A DNA stretch of 64,000 bases from positions 1 to 64,000 of the forward strand of contig JBDLIE010000003.1 in the NCBI GenBank assembly GCA_039715015.1, given 5' to 3'. Numbering within the stretch: the stretch's first letter is position 1; each line of letters opens with the position of its first letter. Origin of the DNA: Thermodesulfobacteriota bacterium (GTDB lineage: Bacteria; Desulfobacterota; Desulfobulbia; Desulfobulbales; SURF-16). Below, piece by piece: positions 1 through 9,838 of this stretch. Made by a program: the position numbers and the translations under genes. Under the pieces are notes generated by a model. That model saw nothing but the letters and a program-made list of their open reading frames with translations. It had not been told where the DNA came from and made no database searches.

Positions 1-1047
1 TTTCTCCAGCTTCTGGCGGTCTTTTTTGCCGATGTTTGAATCGCCGCTACCAGTCTCGGGCAGTCCTGCCACGGTGGCCAGGCAAGAGTAGAGCCGGTCG
101 AGGCCGGATTCGGCGTCCTGCATGGCCTGATCGGAAAAATCGAGCGGCGTCCTGTATTGGGCAGAGAAGATAAAGAGGCGCAGGACTTCGGTGGGATATT
201 TCTCCAGCATCTCGCGGATGGTGAGGAAGTTACCCAGGGACTTGGACATCTTCTCATCCTTGATGGTCACAAAGCCGTGATGGATCCAGGTGTTGACAAA
301 GGGCTTGCCGGTGGCGCCTTCGCTCTGGGCAATCTCGTTTTCATGGTGGGGGAAGATGAGGTCCTTGCCGCCGCCATGGATGTCAAAGGTGTCGCCCAGG
401 TATTTTTTTGACATGGCAGAGCACTCAATATGCCAGCCGGGTCGTCCTTCTCCCCAGGGGCTGTCCCAGATTGGCTCTCCCGGTTTGCTGCTCTTCCAGA
501 GGGCGAAATCCATGGGGTTTTCCTTTTTGTCGCTCACCGCGATGCGGGCGCCAGCCATCATGTCTTCCAGATTGCGGCCGGAAAGGGCGCCGTAATTGGC
601 AAATTTCTCAACACGGTAATAGACATCGCCGTCCTGCTCGTAGGCTATGCCCTTGGCAATCAAGGTTTCTATCAATTGGATGATCTCGGGGATGTGGTCG
701 GTGGCCTTGGGCTCCATGTCAGGGCTGAGATTGCCCAGGCTTTCCATGTCCTCGTGAAAGGCCTTGATAAAACGGTTGGAAAGTTCCTCGGTTGTGGTAT
801 TTTGCTCTGCGGCCCGCTTGATGATCTTGTCATCAATGTCGGTGAAGTTTCTGATAAAGGTCACTGTCTTGCCGCGATAGCGCAAGTAGCGGACGATCAT
901 ATCAAAGACCAGGGTCGAGCGGGCATGACCAAGATGGCAGTAGTCGTACACCGTGATGCCGCACACATAGAGATTGATGTGGTTTTCTTTAATTGTGGAT
1001 AGCGGCTCTTTTTTGCCTGTCTTGGTATTATATGTCGAGATGGTCAT
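1..1047 (-). CDS. cysS: Cysteine--tRNA ligase (N-terminal part; runs off the left edge of the window)
   Basis: Not in the ORF track because it is partial. Reverse-complement translation from ATG 1047 gives [14 protein letters not shown]...[18 protein letters not shown] (HIGH-like motif), ...[12 protein letters not shown], ...[17 protein letters not shown], ...KMSKSLGNF. Confidence 0.96.
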   Translation of the reverse strand, partial: MTISTYNTKTGKKEPLSTIKENHINLYVCGITVYDYCHLGHARSTLVFDMIVRYLRYRGKTVTFIRNFTDIDDKIIKRAAEQNTTTEELSNRFIKAFHEDMESLGNLSPDMEPKATDHIPEIIQLIETLIAKGIAYEQDGDVYYRVEKFANYGALSGRNLEDMMAGARIAVSDKKENPMDFALWKSSKPGEPIWDSPWGEGRPGWHIECSAMSKKYLGDTFDIHGGGKDLIFPHHENEIAQSEGATGKPFVNTWIHHGFVTIKDEKMSKSLGNFLTIREMLEKYPTEVLRLFIFSAQYRTPLDFSDQAMQDAESGLDRLYSCLATVAGLPETGSGDSNIGKKDRQKLEK

Positions 1048-1178
1048 GTTAAAGACGAAATTGAAATAGGTTCTAAATAAGCAATATTTTGCGGGAAAAA
1101 CTCTGCCTACGAACAAAAAATCCGAAAGTCGGATAATATACTCTCTTCGGAAAATTGAGGCAACCATAGCATATAAAG

Positions 1179-1646
1179 ATGAAAGACTATAACGAAAAAC
1201 TGATAGAAACAAAGACCCTTGAAAACGGGGTCAAAGTGTCCCTCTTTGATTTCTGCAAGCCGGTGGCTGCCGACCGGTGGTATGTTAAAATTCTTTGCCG
1301 GATTGAGTTGGACATACCGCCTGAAAAACTTGCTGCCTCAGGTCTGGATGAGGCCGGGCAGCTTGCATTCAATGAACGTTTTGCTGGTGTCCTTGTCCAT
1401 GAATTTGCCAAGGAACGTCATTTCATTGATGACAATGTTAAGGATGAGGCGGTCAGGGCAATAATTGCGCAGATCCATGAAAACTCTTTGGGTTATGTCG
1501 CCAACCCTGTTTTTGCCGCAAATCTTTTTCAACAAAAGGTTGATGAATTTATCCAGGAGCTTGATGTCCGACAGCAGTTGGACATCAAGCAGGAAGAGAA
1601 TGATGATGACGGCCCAGCAGATTTCTCCTCCTGTTTTCAGGATTAA
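1179..1646 (+). CDS. Hypothetical protein (155 aa, acidic C-terminus)
   Basis: ATG ORF with protein-like composition that fills the gap between divergent cysS and serA. No recognised motif. Confidence 0.75.
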   Translation: MKDYNEKLIETKTLENGVKVSLFDFCKPVAADRWYVKILCRIELDIPPEKLAASGLDEAGQLAFNERFAGVLVHEFAKERHFIDDNVKDEAVRAIIAQIHENSLGYVANPVFAANLFQQKVDEFIQELDVRQQLDIKQEENDDDGPADFSSCFQD

Positions 1647-1700
1647 TATCCACTATTTGTGTTTGTGGCCTGTGACTGGATTTCTAAACCAGAAATATGC

Positions 1701-1729
1701 TTGACAAACCACTGTCTGCGCAGCATATT
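1701..1729 (+). promoter_or_regulatory. sigma70-type promoter for serA
   Basis: TTGACA(1701-1706)-N17-CATATT(1724-1729). Confidence 0.55.
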
Positions 1730-1822
1730 GCGCGTTTCTTTACTTTATATATGGCTACCATGTACGGGCCATTCAGATTTCTAGACCGCATGGTCTATAG
1801 AATATACCGCTAAGGAGATATC

Positions 1823-3412
1823 ATGAAGGTTTTGATCAGTGACAATCTTGATCCCATCGGGGAAAAGATTCTTAAGGATGCCGGACTCGAAGTAGATGTG
1901 AATACCGGTCTGGCCCCTGAAGAGCTCAAAAAAATCATCGGCGATTATGACGGCCTTGTTATTCGTAGTGCCACCAAGGTTACCGATGAAATCATCGAGG
2001 CCGCTGATAATCTTAAGGTAGTTGGCCGGGCTGGTATTGGTCTGGATAACGTTAATATCCCCGAGGCCTCTAAAAACGGTATTGTGGTGATGAATGCCCC
2101 TGATGGCAATGCCACCACCGCTGCTGAGCATGCCATTGCCATGATGATGGCCTTAACCAGAAATATTCCTCAAGCCACTGCCCGTCTGAAAGAGGGTGGT
2201 TGGGACAAGAAGAAATTCCAGGGTCGTGAAGTAACCAATAAGACCGTGGGTATCATCGGTATTGGCCGCATTGGCGCTATCTTTGCTGAGCGCGCTAAGG
2301 GCCTTAAGATGAAGGTCATTGCTTATGATCCCCATATGCCCAAAGATATCGCTGAGAAGATTGGCGTTGAACTGGTCAGCATGGATGAGCTCTGTGCCCG
2401 TGCCGATTATTACTCTGTTCATGTGCCCTTGACCAAGGAGACTGCAAAGCTGATCTCCACCAAGGAGTTCAAGGCCATGAAGAGCGAGGCCATGTTCATC
2501 GATTGTGCCCGTGGTGGCGTTGTTGATGAGGAGGCCCTTTATGAGGCCTTGAAAAATGGCGAGATAAGAGGCGCTGCCCTTGATGTTTTTGAGAAAGAGC
2601 CCACCTCCCTTGAGACCACGCCACTGCTCAGCCTTCCTAATTTTATCTGTACCCCTCACCTTGGCGCTTCCACCTCCGAGGCCCAGGTAAATGTCGCCAT
2701 TGCCATTTGCGAGCAGATGGCTGATTATCTCAACAACGGCACGGTAACAAATGCTGTAAACGTCCCATCTGTAAGCTCTGAGGTTCTTGCCAAGGTCGGC
2801 CCCTATGCCACCCTTGCTGAGATGATGGGCTCCCTGCATATGCAGATTGCCAAAGGTGGTGTTGAAGAGGTTACCCTTGAATTCGCCGGCGAACTGGCAG
2901 AGATGAACACCAACCCCATTACAGTTTCTTTTCTGAAGGGGCTCTTTACTCCCATTCTCAAGGATGCAGTTAACTTCGTTAACGCTCCGATGATTGCTAA
3001 GGACCGTGGCATCAAGGTGATTGAGGCCAAGACCGGAGATTCAGACGCCTTTACCAGCCAGCTTAATGTTACCGTTAAGACCAGTGAAGGGAAGAATACG
3101 CTTGTCGGTACCGTGTTTGGTAAGGGCGAGCCTCGTCTGGTTCGCCTTAACTCCTTCAGGCTTGAGGCGCTTCTTGACGGGCCTATGCTCTTTGTTTCCA
3201 ATAACGATGTTCCCGGCGTCATTGGTTCTCTGGGAGTTACCTTAGGTAATTTAGGCGTGAATATCTCCCGGATGACTGTGGGGCAGGAGGTTGATGCCGA
3301 ATCCACCAAGAATGTCATCTTGCTGAATACGAATATCTTGCTTAATAAGGACCAGCTTTCAGCTGTCGAAGAGCTTGAGCATATTACTGATGCCATGGTC
3401 CTTGATATGTAG
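1823..3412 (+). CDS. serA: D-3-phosphoglycerate dehydrogenase (type I, with ASB and ACT domains)
   Basis: GRAGIGLDNV, NAD-binding GIIGIGRIG, ARGGVVDE, TPHLGAST and a C-terminal ACT (NDVPGVIG). AAGGAG RBS. Confidence 0.95.
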   Translation: MKVLISDNLDPIGEKILKDAGLEVDVNTGLAPEELKKIIGDYDGLVIRSATKVTDEIIEAADNLKVVGRAGIGLDNVNIPEASKNGIVVMNAPDGNATTAAEHAIAMMMALTRNIPQATARLKEGGWDKKKFQGREVTNKTVGIIGIGRIGAIFAERAKGLKMKVIAYDPHMPKDIAEKIGVELVSMDELCARADYYSVHVPLTKETAKLISTKEFKAMKSEAMFIDCARGGVVDEEALYEALKNGEIRGAALDVFEKEPTSLETTPLLSLPNFICTPHLGASTSEAQVNVAIAICEQMADYLNNGTVTNAVNVPSVSSEVLAKVGPYATLAEMMGSLHMQIAKGGVEEVTLEFAGELAEMNTNPITVSFLKGLFTPILKDAVNFVNAPMIAKDRGIKVIEAKTGDSDAFTSQLNVTVKTSEGKNTLVGTVFGKGEPRLVRLNSFRLEALLDGPMLFVSNNDVPGVIGSLGVTLGNLGVNISRMTVGQEVDAESTKNVILLNTNILLNKDQLSAVEELEHITDAMVLDM

Positions 3413-3423
3413 GAAGTGATTTT

Positions 3424-3461
3424 GCCAAAAGGGCTGCCCGTTTTCAGGCAGCTCGTTTGGC
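3424..3461 (+). terminator. Stem-loop downstream of serA
   Basis: GCCAAA-A-GGGCTGCC / GGCAGCTC-G-TTTGGC hairpin with a weak U tail. Confidence 0.45.
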
Positions 3462-3492
3462 TTAGATAAAAGAAAAAGTGTGGGGTGTTCAG

Positions 3493-3795
3493 ATGGATGA
3501 GGAAAAATGTCGCTGCGCCGGCGGGGTTGTCAAGGATGGCAAATGTGTAATGCCTGAGGTGACCTTCACCGCCTTTATCATGTCTTTAAACACCTCGGCA
3601 CTTTTCCACCTCGGTGAAATCCCCGACCCTGCCACTGGTCAAACGGCCCAGGACCTTGTCCTTGTCAAACACACCATTGACACCCTTGACCTTCTTGAAC
3701 AGAAAACCAAGGGCAATCTCACTGAGGATGAGCAACACATCCTGGAAAAATTTATTTATGACCTGAAGATGCGTTACGTTCAGGCCACGAAATAA
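3493..3795 (+). CDS. DUF1844-family small protein
   Basis: FTAFIMSL...LGEIPDPATG...KHTIDTLDLLEQKTKGNLTEDE pattern. ATG 3493 preferred over GTG 3478. Confidence 0.8.
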   Translation: MDEEKCRCAGGVVKDGKCVMPEVTFTAFIMSLNTSALFHLGEIPDPATGQTAQDLVLVKHTIDTLDLLEQKTKGNLTEDEQHILEKFIYDLKMRYVQATK

Positions 3796-3812
3796 AGACA
3801 TCCTTTAGCTCC

Positions 3813-4745
3813 ATGCTCACCACTCTTGACCTCAAGGCACCTGCCAAGGTCAACCTCACCCTTGAGGTTCTTTCCCGACTGCCTAATGGCTACCATGAAC
3901 TTGATTCATGGATGCATAAGGTTTCTCTTTTTGACCACCTTTCCTTCGATATAGCCCATCATTCAGGGATCCATCTCAGCTGTTCCGATCCCTCTCTGCC
4001 CTGTGACGAAAACAACCTGATCCATAAAGCGGCAGACCAATTTTATCGAGAGATCGGCAAAGAGCCTAAGCTGGCTATCAGCCTGCAAAAAAATATTCCC
4101 ACGGCAGCAGGGCTTGGAGGAGGTTCCAGCGATTGCGCCGCTACCTTAAAGGGCCTGAACTATTTGCATGGCAATTTGCTTTCCCAAGAGCGACTTCTTG
4201 AGCTTGGAAAAGGCCTTGGTGCTGATGTGCCATTCTTTATTCATCCCTCTTGTTCGGCTCGTGCCCGTGGTATTGGTGAACAACTTTCAGAGTTAGCACC
4301 CCTTGCCGATTGTTTTGTTGTTCTTGTCAATCCAGGGTTTGCGGTTTCAACGAAATGGGTCTTTGAAAATTTGCAGAAAAATTTTACAGATTCATCGCTT
4401 CGTAATACCTGGGAAAATTCTCCAAAAACAGCCAATTATGCGTTGACAACAGGTGGTAAAACATATAATTTAGGCCGCGCGTCAGAAAGGTGTTTTGAGT
4501 TCAAGCTTGTTAATGATCTCGAGCAGGTCACCATTGCTAACTACGCTGAAATATTGGTTGTTAAAGAATTTCTTTTGGCCAATAAATCCTGTGGGGCCTT
4601 GATGAGTGGCAGCGGGCCAACTGTTTTCGGCCTCTTTCTCGACGAAAACAATGCCTATTCTTGTATTGAGGCAATGAAAGCCGACTATCCCCATTGGAAC
4701 AGTTTTGTCACTGTTCCACTTCGTGATGATGACAGACTTTCATAA
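3813..4745 (+). CDS. ispE: 4-diphosphocytidyl-2-C-methyl-D-erythritol kinase
   Basis: APAKVNLTL, YHEL, GHMP motif KNIPTAAGLGGGSSD, LGADVPFF, LMSGSGPTVF. Typical position upstream of tRNA-Gln-prs. Confidence 0.95.
   Translation: MLTTLDLKAPAKVNLTLEVLSRLPNGYHELDSWMHKVSLFDHLSFDIAHHSGIHLSCSDPSLPCDENNLIHKAADQFYREIGKEPKLAISLQKNIPTAAGLGGGSSDCAATLKGLNYLHGNLLSQERLLELGKGLGADVPFFIHPSCSARARGIGEQLSELAPLADCFVVLVNPGFAVSTKWVFENLQKNFTDSSLRNTWENSPKTANYALTTGGKTYNLGRASERCFEFKLVNDLEQVTIANYAEILVVKEFLLANKSCGALMSGSGPTVFGLFLDENNAYSCIEAMKADYPHWNSFVTVPLRDDDRLS
4443..4471 (+). promoter_or_regulatory. Promoter internal to ispE, probably driving tRNA-Gln-prs-rplY
   Basis: TTGACA(4443-4448) followed by TATAATTT(4464-4471); TAATTT gives a 17-nt spacer. 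Confidence 0.6.
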
Positions 4746-4785
4746 GAGGAGAAACGAATTACCTTCACTTGACTTTTTTATTTGC

Positions 4786-4860
4786 TGGGGCGTCGTCAAG
4801 CGGTAAGACACAGGCCTTTGACGCCTGCATTCGTAGGTTCGAATCCTACCGCCCCAGCCA
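4786..4860 (+). tRNA. tRNA-Gln(TTG)
   Basis: Acceptor TGGGGCG/CGCCCCA, anticodon arm CAGGC-CT-TTG-AC-GCCTG, T-loop GGTTCGAATCC, encoded CCA. Confidence 0.97.
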
Positions 4861-4906
4861 TTTTCTTTTGATTCCCAGATGATTCCGGGCCGCTAAAGAG
4901 GCGATA

Positions 4907-5857
4907 ATGACGACCAAGAAAGACATAATGCTTATTTCCGGCAATGCTAATATTTCCCTTGCCGAGGACATCTCTTCTATTCTGGATATCCCCCTGGTTG
5001 AGAGGGAAGTGAAAACGTTCAGTGATGGTGAGACCTATGTTGAAATTAAGGATAATGTCCGCGGACGCGATGTCTTCGTTATCCAGCCCACAAGTACCCC
5101 AGTAAATGATCATCTGATGGAATTGATGTTGATTGCCGATGCCTTACGCCGGGCTTCAGCTCGTCGTATCACGGCGGTTATGCCTTATTATGGCTATTCC
5201 CGTCAGGATCGCAAAGTTGCGCCACGGGTACCCATCTCTGCCAAGGTCGTTGCTGAAATGCTCATGGCTGTTGGTATCCGCAGGGTTTTGACCATGGATC
5301 TCCATGCCGGTCAAATTCAGGGTTTTTTCAGTATCCCTGTTGATAATATGTATTGCGCACCAGTCATCCTTGATGATATACGTACATGCTTCGGAAATGG
5401 CGATGTGGTAATGGTTTCGCCAGATGCCGGTGGTGTTGAGCGTACCAGAGCTTTTGCTAAGAGGCTTGATGCGGATCTTGCTATTATTGATAAGCGTCGC
5501 GAACGGGCCAATGTTGCCGAGGCCATGAATGTTATCGGTGATGTCACAGGCAAGAGGGCGATTCTTCTCGATGACATGGTCGATACGGCAGGTACCCTGT
5601 GTGGTGCTGCTTCTATGCTTTTAAAAGCTGGGGCAAAAGAGGTCCATGCCTATTGTTCCCATGCTGTTTTGTCGGGTCCGGCCATTGAGCGGATTTCTGA
5701 CTCTGAAATAACCACGATGGTGGTAACAAATACCATTCCATTGCAGGAGAATGCAAAGAACTGTTCTAAAATCAAAGTTCTTTCTGTTTCCAATCTCCTT
5801 GCCAAGGCTATTCATTGCATTCACTCAGAGGACTCTGTTAGTTCTCTGTTTGTTTAG
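4907..5857 (+). CDS. prs: Ribose-phosphate pyrophosphokinase
   Basis: [42 protein letters not shown]. Confidence 0.97.
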   Translation: MTTKKDIMLISGNANISLAEDISSILDIPLVEREVKTFSDGETYVEIKDNVRGRDVFVIQPTSTPVNDHLMELMLIADALRRASARRITAVMPYYGYSRQDRKVAPRVPISAKVVAEMLMAVGIRRVLTMDLHAGQIQGFFSIPVDNMYCAPVILDDIRTCFGNGDVVMVSPDAGGVERTRAFAKRLDADLAIIDKRRERANVAEAMNVIGDVTGKRAILLDDMVDTAGTLCGAASMLLKAGAKEVHAYCSHAVLSGPAIERISDSEITTMVVTNTIPLQENAKNCSKIKVLSVSNLLAKAIHCIHSEDSVSSLFV

Positions 5858-5883
5858 ATTGTTTTAATTGAGGAGGTCCTCCC

Positions 5884-6438
5884 ATGATACAGATTGATGT
5901 TACAGCACAGTTAAGAGATAAGTTCGGTAAAGGTGCAGCTCGTACCATTCGTCGCGATGGTCGCACACCAGCCATTTTATACGGCCCCAAGACAGATCCT
6001 ATGGCGCTGACCCTTGACACTCACTCTTTCACCAAATCCCTTCTTGGCCTTCAGCGTCGTAACGCTGTTATCAGCCTTGATATCGAAGGTGATGGTCAGA
6101 AGAACGTAATGGTTAAGGATATTCAGGTTGATCCAGTCAACAACGCTCTCAAACATGCTGATTTCTATGAGCTTGATATGGATAATGTATATACCTACTC
6201 CGTGCCTGTTGTTTATACAGGTAAAGCCAAGGGCCTTGACACGGGTGGCGACATGCAAACCTATGTCAATAGCGTAGATCTGAAAGGAAAACCTCTTAAT
6301 ATCCCTGACAGCATTGAGGTTGATGTTACACCTCTGCAGGTTGACGATAAGATTACCCTCGCTGAACTTGCTATTCCTGAAGGAGTGACCCTCCTTGGTA
6401 AAGCTGAGGCAGTTTGTGTGGCTGTGCTGAACGCTTAG
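5884..6438 (+). CDS. rplY: 50S ribosomal protein L25 / general stress protein Ctc
   Basis: GKGAARTIRR, PAILYG, HADF. prs-rplY-pth synteny and GAGGAGG RBS. Confidence 0.95.
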   Translation: MIQIDVTAQLRDKFGKGAARTIRRDGRTPAILYGPKTDPMALTLDTHSFTKSLLGLQRRNAVISLDIEGDGQKNVMVKDIQVDPVNNALKHADFYELDMDNVYTYSVPVVYTGKAKGLDTGGDMQTYVNSVDLKGKPLNIPDSIEVDVTPLQVDDKITLAELAIPEGVTLLGKAEAVCVAVLNA

Positions 6439-6463
6439 GCTTTTAGTAGATCTGTTCTACTTT

Positions 6464-6510
6464 AAAATCGGCTGAAAGAAGGAATACCTTTTTTCAGCCG
6501 ATTTTTATTT
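6464..6510 (+). terminator. Intrinsic terminator between rplY and pth
   Basis: AAAATCGGCTGAAAGAAGG-aata-CCTTTTTTCAGCCGATTTT followed by a T-rich tail. Confidence 0.8.
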
Positions 6511-6523
6511 TGTCTGGAGAATT

Positions 6524-7087
6524 ATGTACCTGATAGTTGGCCTGGGTAACCCAGGAGATAAGTATAGGAAAACCAGGCATAATATTGGCTTTCATGCTGT
6601 GGAGCAACTGGCTGAGGAGATCGGGATTGGTTTTTCCGAGTCAAAATGGAAGGCCTTGGTCTGTAAAGGAGATATTGCCGGGCAGGGAGTGGTTTTGGTA
6701 AAACCGCAGACATTTATGAATCTCAGCGGTGAGGCGGTTGAGCCTATTGCCTCATACTATAAGATTCCCCAGGAGAACATTGTCGTCATTCATGATGATC
6801 TCGATCTCGACTGTGGCAGAATAAAACTCTGCGTTAATAGTGGGGCAGGGGGGCATAACGGCATCAAATCACTGATCCAACGTCTGGGCGGCAATTCTTT
6901 TAATCGCATCAAGGTAGGTATTGGTCGTCCTTTAGAGCAGATGCCCGTAGAACGCTATGTGCTGGCGAAATTTACTGACGAAGAGTCCCTTGATATTTCC
7001 TCGGCAATAAATAGAGCTGTAGAGGCGGTGACGTTAATTGTAGAAAAAGGTATGGCTGCTGCTACCCAAGCAATCCATACACGATAA
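6524..7087 (+). CDS. pth: Peptidyl-tRNA hydrolase
   Basis: LIVGLGNPG, TRHNIGF, KPQTFMNLSG, HDDLDL, GGHNGIKS. Confidence 0.97.
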   Translation: MYLIVGLGNPGDKYRKTRHNIGFHAVEQLAEEIGIGFSESKWKALVCKGDIAGQGVVLVKPQTFMNLSGEAVEPIASYYKIPQENIVVIHDDLDLDCGRIKLCVNSGAGGHNGIKSLIQRLGGNSFNRIKVGIGRPLEQMPVERYVLAKFTDEESLDISSAINRAVEAVTLIVEKGMAAATQAIHTR

Positions 7088-7295
7088 AGACCATACGTTT
7101 TCGGAAACAAGAGGTGTCCTCTGCATCCCTCCTTGCAATTTAAGCAAATTGTGTTAAATTGAAAAGCTTACTCTGATTATCTATTTCTTATTCCTGCCTC
7201 CTCATTTTTCGATTTCGTACATGATGGTATAGGTTGTAACCTGAGACTCACGAGCTTAACGCTGACAGGAACCGCTTTTCAAAAGGAGAATTAAC

Positions 7296-7778
7296 GTGTT
7301 CAAAAAAGGCGATATGGCTGTCTATCCGGCCCATGGTGTCGGTGAAATTCAGGCTGTTGAAACAAAAACAATGGCAGGCCTGGAACAGTCATTTTATGTT
7401 ATGAAGATCGTCGATACCGCTATGGTTGTGATGATACCCTGTGGTTCTAGCGATAAGGTTGGTCTCCGGGCTATCGTATCCTCTGGCGAAGCGGACAAAG
7501 TTTTTGATATCCTCAAGCAGGAAGATGTCGAAATAGTTCAGCAGCCCTGGAACCAGCGTTATCGTGAATATATGGAGAAGATAAAGTCTGGCTCTATTTT
7601 TGAGATTGCCGGTGTGCTCCGTGATCTTTTTCTCCTTCAGCGTGACAAAGAGCTTTCCTTTGGAGAGCGGAAGATGGTCGACACAGCAAAGTCGCTCTTG
7701 GTGACGGAAATTGCCATCTCCCATCATGCTGAGGAAGAAGAAATCTCTGAAAAAATAGATAAGATTTTTGACGCCTAG
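7296..7778 (+). CDS. carD: CarD/CdnL RNA polymerase-binding transcription factor
   Basis: FKKGDMAVYPAHGVGEI, GLR, conserved Trp in PWNQRYREY, LSFGERKM. GTG start with AGGAG RBS. Confidence 0.92.
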   Translation: MFKKGDMAVYPAHGVGEIQAVETKTMAGLEQSFYVMKIVDTAMVVMIPCGSSDKVGLRAIVSSGEADKVFDILKQEDVEIVQQPWNQRYREYMEKIKSGSIFEIAGVLRDLFLLQRDKELSFGERKMVDTAKSLLVTEIAISHHAEEEEISEKIDKIFDA

Positions 7779-7799
7779 TTTTTTGTTTTCTTTACCTTC

Positions 7800-7838
7800 A
7801 AAAGGAGTCCCGCCTGGTCAGGCAGGGCTCCTTTTTTT
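7800..7838 (+). terminator. Intrinsic terminator after carD
   Basis: AAAAGGAGTCC-CGCCTG-GT-CAGGCA-GGGCTCC followed by a poly-T run. Confidence 0.8.
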
Positions 7839-7965
7839 ATTTGGTATGGCGCAGTTGGACAGATATGATACTGTAATTGTTAGTCGTTTTAGTGATTCAT
7901 TGTGATCTGAATTCAAGCAGATAAATGCCACAACCACTCCTTTGAAGTCCTGTTTCCAAAGTATT

Positions 7966-8919
7966 ATGTCAGAGTCCCCTTCGACCTTTACCAACACCTA
8001 TGAGATGCATGCAGATGGCCATGACCAGGGCCATCGTCTTGACAAGGTCCTGCATAATAATCCGCATCTTGCTGAGTTCTCCAGGTCCCGCATTCAGAAA
8101 TTGATTAAAGACGGTTATGTCCAGGTCAATGATAAGAATGTTAAGCTTAGTTATAAGGTCCATGAAAAGGATCATATATCCGTAACAATCCCATCGCCGA
8201 AAGAACTTCTCCTTAAGCCCCAAGAGCTCCCTTTAGGTATTCTTTTTGAAGACGAGCATATAATCGTGATTAATAAGGAGCCGGGGGTTGTTGTTCATCC
8301 GGCTGCCGGCAATATGGAAAACACCTTGGTCCATGGCCTTCTTCATCATTGCCAAGATCTTTCTGGAATTGGTGGTGTGATGCGCCCTGGTATTATTCAT
8401 CGGCTTGATAAGGATACCTCTGGGGTCTTGGTTGTGGCGAAAACCGATCTGGCCCATCAGAATCTTGTTGATCAATTTAAAAAGAGACAGGTTCGCAAGA
8501 TCTATCTTGCTATTGTTGCAGGATGCCCTGTTGATAATGCCGGCACAATTGAGACCTTGATGGGGCGCCATCCCGTTCATCGTAAAAAGATGGCAGTGGT
8601 GGAAAGGGGAGGGCGAACCGCCCTTACTGAGTATGAGGTTGTCGAATCTTTCTCTCAGGCAGCTTTGCTGAGGGTAATTATTAAAACAGGGCGTACTCAC
8701 CAGATACGGGTTCATATGGCCCATATTGGCTGTCCTGTCATAGGAGACGCTGTTTATGGCGGCAAAAAGGCGCAGGTGGAGGGAGTAACACGTCAATATC
8801 TCCATGCCTCCCAGCTAACCATAACCCACCCTTTGACCACTGAGATCCTTCAGTTTGATGCCCCCATGCCGCAAGATATGAAGTCTTTTTTGGCTACTCT
8901 GCAAAAAAAAGAGCTGTAG
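7966..8919 (+). CDS. rluD: RluA-family pseudouridine synthase with S4 domain (RluD-like)
   Basis: S4 domain RLDK...SRSRIQKLI, catalytic HRLDKDTSG, TGRTHQIRVH, LHA. Start uncertain (7942, 7966 or later). Confidence 0.88.
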   Translation: MSESPSTFTNTYEMHADGHDQGHRLDKVLHNNPHLAEFSRSRIQKLIKDGYVQVNDKNVKLSYKVHEKDHISVTIPSPKELLLKPQELPLGILFEDEHIIVINKEPGVVVHPAAGNMENTLVHGLLHHCQDLSGIGGVMRPGIIHRLDKDTSGVLVVAKTDLAHQNLVDQFKKRQVRKIYLAIVAGCPVDNAGTIETLMGRHPVHRKKMAVVERGGRTALTEYEVVESFSQAALLRVIIKTGRTHQIRVHMAHIGCPVIGDAVYGGKKAQVEGVTRQYLHASQLTITHPLTTEILQFDAPMPQDMKSFLATLQKKEL

Positions 8920-8922
8920 GAT

Positions 8923-9537
8923 ATGGATATGGTAGCTGAAAGGGGTGGAGAAAGAGAAATTATAGGTGTCACCGGGTTTATCGGTTCAGGAAAGAGCAGG
9001 GTAAGCCATTTTCTTGCCGACAAACTTGTTTGTCGGCATATTGATGCTGACATGATTGCTCGCAATATCATGGCTCCCGGCGAGCGAGGCTGGCTTGCTA
9101 TCAGGAAGTATAATCCCACATTTATAAACGCTGATGGTCAACTTGATCGGGTTCAGCTCCGGCATGAGATATTTTCGAATCCCTCTGTGAAGGATAAAAT
9201 CGATTCTCTCATACACCCTCTTGTTCAAAACGATATTGAGGAAAAGCTGGGATCAGAATCAGGGCAATGGGTTGTTGTTGAGGTGCCTTTGCTTTTTGAG
9301 GCTGGCTGGGAGAAGATTTTTACCAGGATTATTCTTGTTTATGCCCAAAAGGGTGTCTGTTTAAAAAGGGTTGTGGCGAGAGATGATGTTAGCCTGGTGC
9401 AGGCTGAGAAATCATACCAGAGCCAGATGGGAGCGTCGGAGAAAATCAACATGGCTGACCATATAATTGATAACAGCGGCAGCTGGTGGGATACCCAGCT
9501 GCAGGCTCTTCATTTAGTAGATATTTTAACTAGCTAA
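8923..9537 (+). CDS. coaE: Dephospho-CoA kinase
   Basis: IGVTGFIGSGKS P-loop, IDAD, IHPLV, EVPLLFE, IIDNSG. Confidence 0.93.
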   Translation: MDMVAERGGEREIIGVTGFIGSGKSRVSHFLADKLVCRHIDADMIARNIMAPGERGWLAIRKYNPTFINADGQLDRVQLRHEIFSNPSVKDKIDSLIHPLVQNDIEEKLGSESGQWVVVEVPLLFEAGWEKIFTRIILVYAQKGVCLKRVVARDDVSLVQAEKSYQSQMGASEKINMADHIIDNSGSWWDTQLQALHLVDILTS

Positions 9538-9560
9538 CCTCTTAAACCTATTAAAAAAGC

Positions 9561-9838
9561 TTGACAGTGAAATTCTGGCCAGCTATAGATTAATCGTGTT
9601 TTAGATATCTTTTTGTCTATGCGTTCCCTTCTTGTCAGCATTTTTAATTCATAAAAACCTTGCTAATGGGTACGCATATCTGATTTAATTTTCAAAGGCT
9701 CACTTACATATCTATCAACTGAATTTTCACCCCCTTTCTTACCTTACTCTCATAACATTCTCTCGCATTAACCCCTTCTTGCCAAAACAAGAGTAAAAGA
9801 TCCTAAATGATCTTGAGAGAACACTTCATTAACCTCAT
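9561..9838 (+). promoter_or_regulatory. rho promoter and long pyrimidine-rich leader (putative Rho autoregulation)
   Basis: TTGACA(9561)-N17-TATAGA(9584), a hairpin at 9618-9678, and a C/T-rich, G-poor tract at about 9700-9783. Confidence 0.55.

Noticed and set aside
157..1002. Plus-strand ORFs of 84-190 aa at the window start
   Set aside because: They are antisense shadows of cysS, which carries clear synthetase motifs on the minus strand.
2153..3396. Long minus-strand ORFs (228 and 197 aa) inside serA, and similar ones inside rluD, ilvB, leuA, parE and parC
   Set aside because: These are antisense shadow frames arising from codon bias, with no RBS or recognisable motifs.
7218..7275. Resemblance to a fluoride or TPP riboswitch (GATGGT..., CTGAGA) in the carD leader
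   Set aside because: The required consensus stems and pseudoknot elements are absent. Kept only as an unclassified structured leader.
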